Source: Perkinsus olseni (lineage: Eukaryota). Taken from it: DNA of 20,000 nucleotides. Within the stretch, counting starts at the first letter, position 1. Every line of letters begins with the position of its first letter. The stretch spans positions 58,971-78,970 of the forward strand of contig JABANN010000079.1 of assembly GCA_013115125.1 (NCBI GenBank), written 5' to 3'. Shown piece after piece: positions 1-10,188 of this stretch. The position numbers and the translations under genes were made by a program. The notes beneath the pieces are model-generated. The model saw only the letters and a list, made by a program, of their open reading frames with translations. It was not told where the DNA came from and ran no database searches.

Positions 1-1407
1 ACTGCTGGTGGTGGTGCAACTTTGCGGTTGGATACACAAATCCAGATCATGGTCGTATCTGACAACTTGTGGAAGGCATCCTTGGATGAGATATTGTTCC
101 TGAAGGCAGAACAGCCGAGTAGTTAACTGACCGTCCCTTTAACTCATGTCTCGACAGGATACGACGGTCGTGAACAGCGAAGCAACGCGGGAAACAGTGA
201 CAGTTCATCACAGCCAAAATCGCTTGTCAATAACAGACGGTCGGGCACCAATCAGGTCACAAATTCATCGGACGTAATCGGGTAAAAAAAGAGGTAGTGC
301 GGAGGGGTTACTTTTTTGAGATGTTCCAAGTCGGGCTTTTCCATGAACTTCAGACTCTTACAGAGAAGGTAACTGCTCTTATCACATCCTCTAACTGCTG
401 CCAGCTCATTGAGGACATGGCAAGCGTTGATGACGGCCAAACGTTCGTGGGCCGAATCGCCAAGAGAGACCACACAGCGGCGACGGCTGAAAACGGGAGT
501 ACACGAGGGGATATGAAGTGACTTACCCTGCAACTGGAGGGCTCGAGAAATGCTCAGAGATTGCTTGCTTGAAAGACTGATCCTTCCATTCGAACGCTGA
601 TGCGAATCCCTGAGAACACGAGGCGATTTTTTAGGGGACATAGCGGAGAACTGACCTGAGGCTCGTATGCGGTCCTGGCTGAGATGTGGTGTATGTTGCT
701 GAGGGTAGGCAGGAGGGACGGGAGGAACTTAGCACAGGTGAGGGGGATCCAACCGGCCTCGGCGTTGGTCACTATAATCACCGTGCCTACCAGTAACAGA
801 GAGGTGCCAACAGGCATAACAGTGCTCCAACTCCAGAACGATACGGCAGGGGAGAGTTAAAGATGAGTCTTTAGAGCAAACGATTCGGGTCGTCCCGATC
901 TCTCTCAAGTTCGATGAGAAGACAGATCCTACCGAACTCCATAGCTGTTAGTAGAGTATCTTTAACAAGCATAGCGTAGTCATCCAGTGCAGACATTAGT
1001 CCCGTCGGTGGGCTAGGGCCATCCACTCGGAAACCCTGAGGGAAATATCAGCACTACTGGGGCTACTGCCGCAGGGGTGGTAATACCCATTGAACAGTGA
1101 GGTAGCGGGTGGGAAGGATAGTATCGTCCCAGTCAAATATAATAAGAGTATCTTCTTTATTAACATAGTGACCACTGATAACATCAGATGAATCCTCAGA
1201 GGAGGAGTCGCTGCTAGAGGTCGTGGAAGCCCCGGCAACAGTAGAATCGAAGGAATTGCTACGCCGGGCAGTGAACCTGGCGGCCAATGACGTCTGGGGG
1301 AAAGAGGAAGAGGTTTTACATGCTGGTCGGAGCATGATGCCCTCGGACACTGTGAGCCTCCTCATCGGAGAGCTCTTTACCACGACCACCAACAACATGC
1401 TGTTCAT
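1..1407 (-). CDS. Uncharacterised HAD-superfamily hydrolase/phosphatase, multi-exon; 3' end lies beyond position 1
   Basis: Spliced translation gives HAD motif I (LIIFDWDDTILPT; exon ends 1087), exon 1035-933 (GFRVDGPSP...LLTAMEF), motif II (GTVIIVTNAEAGWI), a Lys motif (WKDQSF), motif IV (VVSLGDSAHER), KSLKFMEKPDLEHLKK and a last visible exon 99-1 (EQYLIQGCLPQVVRYDHDLDLCI). GT-AG junctions are in frame where checked. The start could be 1407 or a downstream ATG (~1336). Confidence 0.8.
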
Positions 1408-1726
1408 AAGGGACAGTTGTATCGGTGAGAGTATCGCCAGCTATCATTATTAAATGATTACCACTAGTAGTAGGAATATCCAAACCCCTATCATCGTAAA
1501 CAACGTGCAGTACTCATCTCAGTGAAGCGGTGAACCCCTCCTTGATTACAGTACTGCCAGCCTTGTCCGGTTACAGGTCACTCGGCTGCTTACATAATGC
1601 GACGCTCACAGCTGGTAACATGCGCTGAGAAGTAGCGAATTTCGTGGCGCGTGACATGTTTCATCGCTCATCGTCGTCGCCATGCCATGCCATCAAGGTT
1701 GATGTTAGTGGTTTTCACTGATAAAT

Positions 1727-2981
1727 ATGTCGTCCTGCCCCCTCGGCTACGGCGGTGAATCCAGCACCGCGGACACCGCCCCTTCAGGCGGTCAAGGCGG
1801 GCAGAAGGAAGTAATTCCTCGGGCAGTGAAAATTGAACTGTTCAACGCTGAGGAGTGGCGCCGCCGGGATTGGCTTGGCGTGTCGAAGGGGCCTTGGGTG
1901 TCCTCTCGGACCTCGGCAAAGCTCAGAGCTGTCGAGCACCTGTGAGCTCTTAGTCTATCGAGACCGATCCACGGAACTCGTGCCACGGCATTCTTGGCTT
2001 ATTCGTCTTGCTGTGAAATTACCGAAATTATTGAAAGTGAAAAATTATTTCGATAATTTCATCGTTTCTTTATTTCTTGTGATATTATTTTTAACATCAT
2101 CACGTTGATCATTCGAAGTCGTGTGAGTGCCCCTCTCTCGGATGACGCTTTCGAGGTTCCTGCTGGCAATAGGTCGGAACTGTCCAAGGAACGAACGACG
2201 TCAAGCATACCGGGAGTAGATGGAGAGATGTTCAAGTACCCGAGTGAGGATCAGTTCTATAAGACTGTTAAGCGGTGAGCATTCATAGTGGATAGCGGAT
2301 CGTTAGTACTGCTACAGGAAAGGGCATGCTGTTGAGGCTGATGACATGCGGACTGTTGTGGCCATACATAATGCTGTCAATGAGAGTAAACAAATTCGGT
2401 TCGTGCTCAACGAGTGCGGGAAGTGCTGATGAAGGCTTGTTTGCATGGGGGGTGTGGGCCTCAGGAGCATGGCATCAGATTAAGGAGGTGGAGGATCGTC
2501 TGCATGGTCGTGTATGCGCCAAAGAAGCCTTACGACTCGTCAAGTTTGTCGGGAGGCCAGGTAGTATCCTGAGAGACTAGCAGCCTTACGGGGCTCCTTG
2601 GATGTAAATGGGGATGTGTCGATCGCTTGGGTTGAACCCACGACCTCGGGGGTGAAGGACGGTACGCTTACCCAGGTGAGGTATCGCCCAAGTCGCGTAT
2701 CATGCGGTTACTCGGAGGATGGACTGAGCCCTTCGACCGTCATGATTGGTACATTGATCGCTGCGGCACTACCGTGAGGTGAGCGTCCCTCTCTGCGGCA
2801 TCTCCCGCGGATGATGACGACTAGGTACGTGGTTGACTTTTATGATGGAAGGCCCCCCGAGGGAACGGCTCACTTACCGCTTTCCCAGCAGCCAGTATCA
2901 ATCTTCGTTGATGCCCGACCGGCCGTATCCACCCTGAGTGACCTGTGGGATAGACTCCGGCTCTGGGGCGGATGGGCTTGA
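1727..2981 (+). CDS. HCCS: Holocytochrome c synthase (cytochrome c/c1 heme lyase), multi-exon
   Basis: N-terminal CP motif (MSSCPLGYG), then spliced [11 protein letters not shown]...[15 protein letters not shown]...[23 protein letters not shown]...[17 protein letters not shown]...[25 protein letters not shown]...FVDARPA...WGGWA*, with stop TGA 2979-2981. These are the hallmark system III heme lyase blocks. The first intron (donor 1811, acceptor ~2155) has an uncertain 3' end. Confidence 0.93.
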
Positions 2982-3518
2982 TGTGTGTCATGAGTTTCTG
3001 AGTCGATACGTCTTTCGTGTTCAAGGGCTTGCCAATTCGGAAATATCTTTGGGTCTTCGTCGTGAGTATCGGAAGTATGCTTTTCCTCAGTACACTTCGG
3101 CATCCCTAGTGGTTGCTACTTTCACTGGTCTCCCCGTCCCTTGGAGCCTTTGTCAAGTGGCCTTGGGATCCCTCCACTGCTGTTGGTACTACCACTCATC
3201 CAACTATTCGTCTGAGAGCATCTCGTTGCTACAATCCGTGCCACTTCTTCCCCCGTGTCAAACCCGAACAAGCGTAGACGCACAGTGAAGGCAGTCACAA
3301 CCGCAACCACCATTAAAGAAGACCAGAGCAACAAGGAACCTACAAATCTGAGAGCTACTACACGAGACAGGTAGTAACGGCGGTAATAGGAATAGGAGAT
3401 GATGATGATGGTCCGAGGTTCGATCCCCAGGCCTTGCGTTTTTTCTGTTGCGTATATGCGATTCTCTGGGTACTGTGGATTGGGGGATTCTTTTGTTCTT
3501 CCCAGTGCACCGGTGGCG

Positions 3519-5065
3519 ATGCTGCATGGCCAATCATTAGCGAATACGCCGCCAAGTGGGTGTCATCGTCAGCCGGGCTTTTCGGAGGACAGTGGTAATA
3601 TTTCTCATCGATTTGCACGATCACCACCACTGCACGATCGTGTCCACGCACGACCACCTCAACAGGAGCATTGTGCCTTTTCGTCCGAAAATTCCAGTCG
3701 GAGCCATCTGGCGTGGTGCACTTTGGCACTTTCTCGTCACCTCGACCCTCTCAGATGATGATTCTTGCTCCTACGACTGCGGCTGGATTGCGTGGTACTG
3801 CAGCTTGAAGGTAGTCCGTCACCACGATGGCTGATCCCAGGGTGTCTTCCTGTCATAGGGCCATGAGATGTTCTCAGAGGTCGACGAGGACTACATTCGA
3901 GATGCTTTCAATCTCTACGGCCTCCGCGCCAAAGTCCAGGTCAGCAGCAGGAGCCATTGTCTTCGGGTTAGTACTGAGTGTTCTCATCAGTTCTATGACC
4001 ATGCATTGGAAATGATACTCAGCGACGAGCGGCCAGATGAAGAGGACCTGGCGGACAACGTGAGTTCACGATTGAAAACAGAGGTGGGGTTTTTGTTGTA
4101 GTTGACGAGCATCGTCTTAGGATTTTCTGGAGATTTACCGGGAGGCTGTTGACTTGTACGGTCTCATACATGCACGATATTGTCTAACTCCGAGGGGATT
4201 GTCCGTAGTGAAAGAGAAGTACCTGAGAGGTAGGGCAGGCGGAGCGATGCAGCCGCTGATGAGTCTGAGAGCCTTCATCAGGGGACTACGGCACTTGTCC
4301 GCGAGTCTATTGCAACGGCCAGCATGTACTGCCAACGGGAAGGGTGGGAGAGGAGCTCAGGGTTGAGCCTGTGAAAGTAATGCAATTTCGTGGCGCGCGG
4401 TAGTCCTCCTTCTCTATACCGTGCTGCTTCAGTTGTACTGTCCCAAATGCGAGCAACTGTACGTCCCTCGGCAGAAGCATGCTCACCTTGATGGTGCCTA
4501 CTTCGGCGCGTCCCTTCCTAGCTTGTTCTTCCAGGTGAGCTCGACACTCATCATCACTCCCGCGCAGGAATGCGTCCGTTATTGTTTCTCGCGTGCCCTA
4601 GGAGTAGGGGTCATGCTTTCCTCCAATAAGTTTTCGCCGCTCTTCTCAACCTTGATGTGTTCTACTCAGACCTTCCCTAAGTTGATACCAGCGGAAGTTC
4701 CTGTGTATTTCGAACCTCGTGTGTTCGGGTTCAAGGTTCATAACAGACCGTACGTGATGCGCCATCATCATCAGTCCACCGACGTAGTGGAAAGGATGCC
4801 GTTCGTCTCAGATCTGTCGTGCTAAAAAAGCTACAGAACGACGTTGCCAAGGGAGCCTCATATATAGACTTTCATGGCTGCAGCAACGCCGCTGGTAGGA
4901 CCACGGATGGGTTACTGATGATCAATCGTGGCGGCAAGAGCTATGATACCAACCGTTGCAGAACTTGTCACGTTGGCTGCGAGTGTGCCCATCTGTCTCA
5001 CAGGCCCTTACCCCTTCCCGATAGACCCCTCGGATGATCATTTGCTGAGTGAAGAGGAGGAATGA
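3519..5065 (+). CDS. CSNK2B: Casein kinase II regulatory (beta) subunit, multi-exon
   Basis: Spliced: ...[46 protein letters not shown]...FYDHALEMIL...LYGLIHARYCLTPRGL...GDYGTCPRVYC...LYCPKCEQLYVP...LDGAYFG...FEPRVFGFKVH..., containing the CPxxxC...CPxC zinc ribbon. Probable last exon GPYPFPIDPSDDHLLSEEEE* (TGA 5063-5065). The start ATG at 3519 is uncertain; ATGs at 3399-3410 are in the same frame. Confidence 0.93.
3614..3655. repeat. Short degenerate ~17-bp tandem repeat (TGCACGATC core, about 2.5 copies) in a CK2-beta intron
   Basis: tgcacgatc-accaccac / tgcacgatc-gtgtccac / gcacgacc, read directly. Confidence 0.5.
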
Positions 5066-5410
5066 TGATGATGAGGATGCTTATGAAATACCCGCAATGC
5101 GCCCCAGTCACGATTACCTGTCTTATTCAGCTCAGGAGTATCTCAGTTTCCTGCTGGCTTGTGTTACTGCGAGATGTCAATGTACCGGCTGGGCGAGATT
5201 CCTTCGTTCTGGTTCAACTTGCGTGTTCGTCTGGGACTCAGAGATCCGAATCTGCTGTTCTCTGAGTCAGAGACTCTGACCTTGGTCTTTCTTCCAGTGC
5301 TAACCGCATCCAGCCACCGAATCAACGGCTGATTCATCAGGACATAGCCTTCTGTTAGTTGAGTGGGCCCTCTGGTGCCCCAGGCATCCTATCGCTTCTC
5401 CGAGAGGAAG

Positions 5411-6854
5411 ATGCCTCCGCCCCTCTCAAAAGTGCTGCTTTACGCTCCTAACTTGCTCGGCTACTTCAGAATAGTCGCCGGATTGACAGCCTTCATGTTA
5501 GGCTTGGATGGTGGGGTGGGCTGATCGGGCTTCGCTCAGATTTCTGCCGAAATCCGAGAGTGTTCGTAGGGGCACTCGGATCAGACCCATCTGAGTTATC
5601 CGCGACGTCGTGTTTCAGCTGTACGCTTCGCCATGGTGAACTCACTCCTCATTTTAACCGATTGGCTTGATGGCTTCCTTGCAGTGCGGCTGAGGCAGAA
5701 GAGTAACTCTCTCGAATGGTGTCCACTATCCCGTCGACTACCATCTTCATTACCACGCACCGTATTCTCGTGTTGACCCAGGCTCTGAAGGGGCCAACCT
5801 GCAGTCTCATCACACTGTCTTTGCTGTCTCTCAGGTATCTTCGGTGCTACCTTGGACGTCGTGGCGGATATCTTCTTGCGAAGCCTCCTCTGGTTTAGGT
5901 TTACCCTGGACGTTATTGCGACATACTGGTCTCTACGCTTCATCTTCACCGCAATCTCACTCTCGATCATCTCTCTCGAATGGAGCTGCTGCGTGGCCTC
6001 CCAAATGACCGCAGCGTAAGGGAGGCCACTCCGTTCCTCACGGATTTTCTCCGGGCCCTCTGATTCCTCTCTTGATTGCCCTTCTTTTGGTGTATGATTC
6101 ATCACTAAGCTCTACCACACGGAGTGGATAGGCAGACGGAAATGCCACCTGCATATTGACCTAGCACATTGAGCAGCTCCTCCGTCATGTGCGTCGCTCC
6201 GTTGATGCAAACGTGTGATGTTGTTAGAAAGAATCGTCCGAAGTTATCTTCGCTTAGGTACACTGGACGGCCATGGAAAGGATTCCAGGGTCAACAGTCT
6301 GCGGCCGAGGGCTTCACTTCCACATACTCTCCTTTCGTGGAGAGAGTTCTCAAGAACGGGTTGAAATCTCCCCTCGGGGCCTGGGCTGTTATCGGTCTGT
6401 ACGGCACGCCTGCGTGTGGCCTCCTCGTTGCAACTTCGCCCGACGGTGAGTTCAGCCACTGGAAGAGTGATCAACGCCGTAGCTATCTCAATGTTCCATC
6501 AGCTACCTTTCGTTCCTCCCGAATATCCCTTTCTTCTCAGGTCATGCTGCTGCTGCCGTCCTCCCTCACTGGGTTTTGACTTCTATTTTATTGCCTTTCT
6601 GCATCACTGGTCGAGTCATCGCCTTTGTAGCCGAGCTTGCCATCATTCACAATTGGATGAGACTAGTTGTAACAATTGCTATAGACCAGCCAACGGCCTC
6701 TCTTGAACGCTGTGAGATATCTACTCCATCTCGCCCCGAACATTGGCCTGATTATTGCAATCGAGGCGACTTTGAGATTAGGAATCCGAATTTCGTGTGG
6801 AACTGCCATAACCTAAGTCTGTTCTTAACCCTCAGTTCTTGCCCTAGGTACTGA
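5411..6854 (+). CDS. CDP-alcohol phosphatidyltransferase family protein (phosphatidylinositol-synthase-like), multi-exon
   Basis: MPPPLSKVLLYAPNLLGYFRI resembles the PIS-type LYxPNxxGYxR N-terminus. The spliced signature reads DWLDGFLAVRLRQKSIFGATLDVVAD, followed by hydrophobic helices (SLEWSCC..., VERVLKNGLKSPLGAWAVIGLYGTP, CITGRVIAFVAELAII). The 3' end is uncertain because a further intron after ~6711 is possible. Confidence 0.85.
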
Positions 6855-8120
6855 TGCAAGACTTCGATTGGGCAGAGTAGAGTCCACCGGGCTCATCGAA
6901 TCGTTATCTACCGAGTCTTGTTTTATTGCGTATAATTTACCACCAGGCCTGCTGAATATGTCTGTTTCTCACCAGCCGTTATTTGATTTTTAGTTGGGCA
7001 GGATTGGGCAGGCGGCGAGCTGTTCCAGTGAGCGAGCGTTAATAACCCTCCTGCAAAAGCTGAGAAGTCACTGGAGCTCGGGAGCCTCGTTTATGCCGCG
7101 CCGACTAGTGGTAGGGCCACGGCTCAACCATTGAGGGCAGAACTTCCAGAAAACTGAGTCCATTTATGTTAGTGAGCCTTCAACCTCAGCCTAATACAGG
7201 CCTGGTTAGAGTTTCACTGGTGTGCTCATTTTGAGGGCTATACGCCGCAGTTAGATGCATGGTAAGGATCGTGTGGTTTGCCGACAGACTTCCCTCTAGG
7301 ATTGTGTTCAAGCTCGAATGCTTCATTTCCTCGTGAGAGGGTCCGCTCGGCCGAGCAAAGGGCTGCGCGCACCACCATCACACAGGCTTCGTGGGACGCC
7401 ACCACAAGCACTATCTCCAGGGCCCACTGATCAGTGGTTAGCTCATCACCCATTCAACGACTTTAGCTCAACCCATCAAGTAGCTCTCCCATTTGCTACA
7501 TGAGCTTTCGGGAGTAGAGCTTCTTCCTACAAATCAACCATTGCTGTACATCGCCCCCTACAACTTACCATCCACCCAGAGTTGTGTTTTTCTCTATGAA
7601 TCGAGTTTCTCCGGTCTGTTCGTCTGCTCCGAACAATATACTCCCCTGTTGAATCATCCATACTCCAGCTCTCGACGCTGCAGTGCTATTCTGTGACGAA
7701 GTGTCCCACGTGTTTTTTGTTAGCAGGGAGTTCTCTCGGCAGCCTTTTTATGATTGTGGTGAACTCTTCTCCATGGGGTGGACTAGAGCTTGATCAGTGG
7801 TATTAAGCTATCTCGAGGACTCTCCCCACGCGCTGTGGCCCGGAGGGGCCGACTTCCTGTAATATGGGGGTAAGGAGACTTCGAGTGGAAAGCGGCGATG
7901 TGGCATCTCACGGAGACAGGTCAAGTCCAGTCACTGCAGTGTGTTGCATGCGTGATTCGATAAGGTGTCTGTCTAGTAGACGGCCAACGAGGCGGCCAGC
8001 AGGACGAGGTGCCTACTCGTGCTGCTGCTCGCCTTGATAGCGCTCTCTTCACTCAATGCTCGTGCGGTTCTGCAGCCGTCGACCTTTCCTGTTCATCCCG
8101 TATACCGGTGTCCATCCGCA

Positions 8121-9290
8121 ATGCCCACCACCCGTCTCAATTTCTCTGCCGTCACCCTCCTCCTCCTCCTATTCCTACTCGCCCTTGTGGATCTGGCGGG
8201 TGCCTCTCCTCCGAGGATCGAAGCTGGTCACTATGAAGGTCTGGTAGACCCAGCCCATCCCATTGGTACCCTTCAGGGCATTGCCATAGATATACGCATG
8301 GGAGGGTTCCAGGGGGATGTTCCTTTCGGCAGAATGAAATTTCGTGGTGAAACTGCGAAAGGGGAGCCGAAGATTATAGACATCGAGCAAACGATGTGGG
8401 TATGCGCAAACTCGGTGAGATACATCAGAACAGAGTTTGGCCCTTTTGATGCACAGGAGATCCAGCAGTGCTACTACCCTATCCGTTGGAGCAAGCCTGC
8501 TCATGAGAAGCTCAAGGATGCATATAGCAGCTTCTCGATTCTCGGTTCCGAGCCGAAGAAGCCGCCCGCTCTGCGTCACCTAATAAGAGTATGCTTGGTG
8601 TCCGGGTATTGGTCCGTATTCCTCGGAAGGCGAAGAGATGATCTGAAGCGAAACGGTTATGTCCTGACCCATCCGGTGTTCATGGAGAAAGCTCAGACGC
8701 TGAGTCTCCGCTCGCTTCCGAAACAGCTTTCCCGAGGGCAAGTCGATGAGAAGCTGGAGGGGAGGAGGCCCATTCTGCCATTAGCTTCAACCGCTGCTGC
8801 GACAGCGACCAGGAGTGGTAGCCCGTATCAGACTCGCCCGCTCGTGGATATTGAAGAGTTGCCACTTGGGTTCTTGACGGACACTCAGGAGACTGATAGG
8901 TTCTATACAGTATGCTTTACGCTTCAAACGGGAGAGAGCGGCTGGTCGCGACTCGGTCAGTTGCTATTGGCCAGTACAGCGTTGGATCCACCTGCTACAG
9001 CTGGGGCCTACTTCGAATATCTCAATGCCACCGAGGACACTCTCCCGTCCAACGTCCTCATCCTCCCTCTGATGCCGCTCGTGAGGAAGGGTTGTGATGC
9101 CGACTGCTACATATTCGCCGGTCTTACAGACCCCGCGGACCAGGCCGAAGTCGAGGCCTCCCTCACTGCAGCCGGCCGGGCATTCGGTATCAACAACCTC
9201 ACTCTCGGATCCATCAGACTGCATAGATTCGGGATGGATGGCCGCCACTTCGAACTGCTACTCCAAGCCAGAATTGAGGATCAGGCTTGA
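8121..9290 (+). CDS. Intronless hypothetical secreted protein (~389 aa) with N-terminal signal peptide; no family recognised
   Basis: This is the only long uninterrupted ORF (open 8019-9290). The first ATG at 8121 gives MPTTRLNFSAVTLLLLLFLLALVDLAGA-SPP, a typical signal peptide. Two globular-looking regions are separated by an S/T/A-rich linker (ASTAAATATRSGSP). Confidence 0.75.
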   Translation: MPTTRLNFSAVTLLLLLFLLALVDLAGASPPRIEAGHYEGLVDPAHPIGTLQGIAIDIRMGGFQGDVPFGRMKFRGETAKGEPKIIDIEQTMWVCANSVRYIRTEFGPFDAQEIQQCYYPIRWSKPAHEKLKDAYSSFSILGSEPKKPPALRHLIRVCLVSGYWSVFLGRRRDDLKRNGYVLTHPVFMEKAQTLSLRSLPKQLSRGQVDEKLEGRRPILPLASTAAATATRSGSPYQTRPLVDIEELPLGFLTDTQETDRFYTVCFTLQTGESGWSRLGQLLLASTALDPPATAGAYFEYLNATEDTLPSNVLILPLMPLVRKGCDADCYIFAGLTDPADQAEVEASLTAAGRAFGINNLTLGSIRLHRFGMDGRHFELLLQARIEDQA

Positions 9291-10188
9291 GTACACCCCT
9301 TTCACTGTTGATGCCGCGGGAGTGACGGACGCTCCACCCAGTGAGTTCGAGGCCAGCACAAGCCGAGGAGAGAAGCGTTCACAACATCAGCCCGATGTGG
9401 ACCGAGCGATGAAGTAAACCAAGCTGTATCGTTTGTTGTCTGGAATTCTATAAGCCACGGGGTGCTGCAAGCACTCTTGTTGTTTATTGTTGATCTTATT
9501 TGCCTTTCGGTGTACCCTGTTTGATGTGAAACTCTATCAAGCCATGTCTTCAACGTTGGGTTCAGTTCTCATCTCACATACGCGCCGGGGGAATCGAGAA
9601 TGCCGACTTCGACCCCGCCGGAACGGTTTTGAAGTACCTTGTCTACCAAGATGTTGGTTCGTATGGGCCCTATACTATTTTTCGCGACTTTCAACTCCTT
9701 ATTCAAGTCACGTAGCCACACTGAGTTCCCTACTTGCCTGATGTCTGCGCATCCAAATTCATGTCTTCGCTTGCTGACGCGATCTCCTTGGGCGCGACCG
9801 TGAACGGTAGTCATGCAGCAAGTAGACTTCTTCTGAGTGATTTAGGTGACAGACATGGCATCACGTCATGCTGTTCATCTTTGTGTTGAACCCTGCTCAC
9901 GAGGCCCCCTCCTTCGTGAACGCTCACCGAGTTGAGGCCGATCGCTCCTCATACGACTTGCCATTCATCCACGCGTCTCCGCGTTGGCATTATCTCCTTC
10001 TCGTCCTTTCCCTGTCCCGAGCAGGCTGCCCGGGGCGGACTTTTTCGTTCACATTCATACATCATTGAGAGGGCCCCTCAACAAATTACAGTGACCATCC
10101 AACTTGCCGATCGCCAAAGCAGCATTGTGTCGGATCACCGACTGGACTTCGTAGTTGCACTTCCACGGTCTGCTTCTTCGACACATCC

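Noticed and set aside
3410..3446. tRNA T-loop-like GGTTCGATCCC followed by a T run
   Set aside because: The T stem has two mismatches and no D arm, anticodon arm or matching acceptor strand lies upstream, so it is not a tRNA.
1638..4397. Exact 14-mer AATTTCGTGGCGCG at 1638-1651 and 4384-4397
   Set aside because: About one such match is expected by chance in 20 kb, and the contexts (intergenic versus intron) are unrelated.
3397..5074. (GAT)n runs at ~3398-3410 and ~5062-5073 flanking CK2-beta as a possible target-site duplication
   Set aside because: These are simple trinucleotide microsatellites, and the enclosed gene is an intron-containing housekeeping gene.
5391..5400. ATCGCTTCTC matching the 5' end of U2 snRNA
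   Set aside because: Similarity stops after ~10 nt, there is no GTAGTA branch-pairing motif, and it lies immediately before a start codon.
5596..6105. 169-aa minus-strand ORF and the many other 60-190 aa ORFs overlapping called genes
   Set aside because: They are antisense or off-frame shadows, or exon-plus-intron read-throughs of the spliced genes, with no independent motifs.
7424..7437. Perfect 14-bp palindrome CCACTGATCAGTGG
   Set aside because: About one is expected by chance in this length, with no supporting context.
9338..9357. GAGTTCGAGGCCAGC, B-box/SINE-like
   Set aside because: No A box, cloverleaf or poly-A tail; a short chance match.
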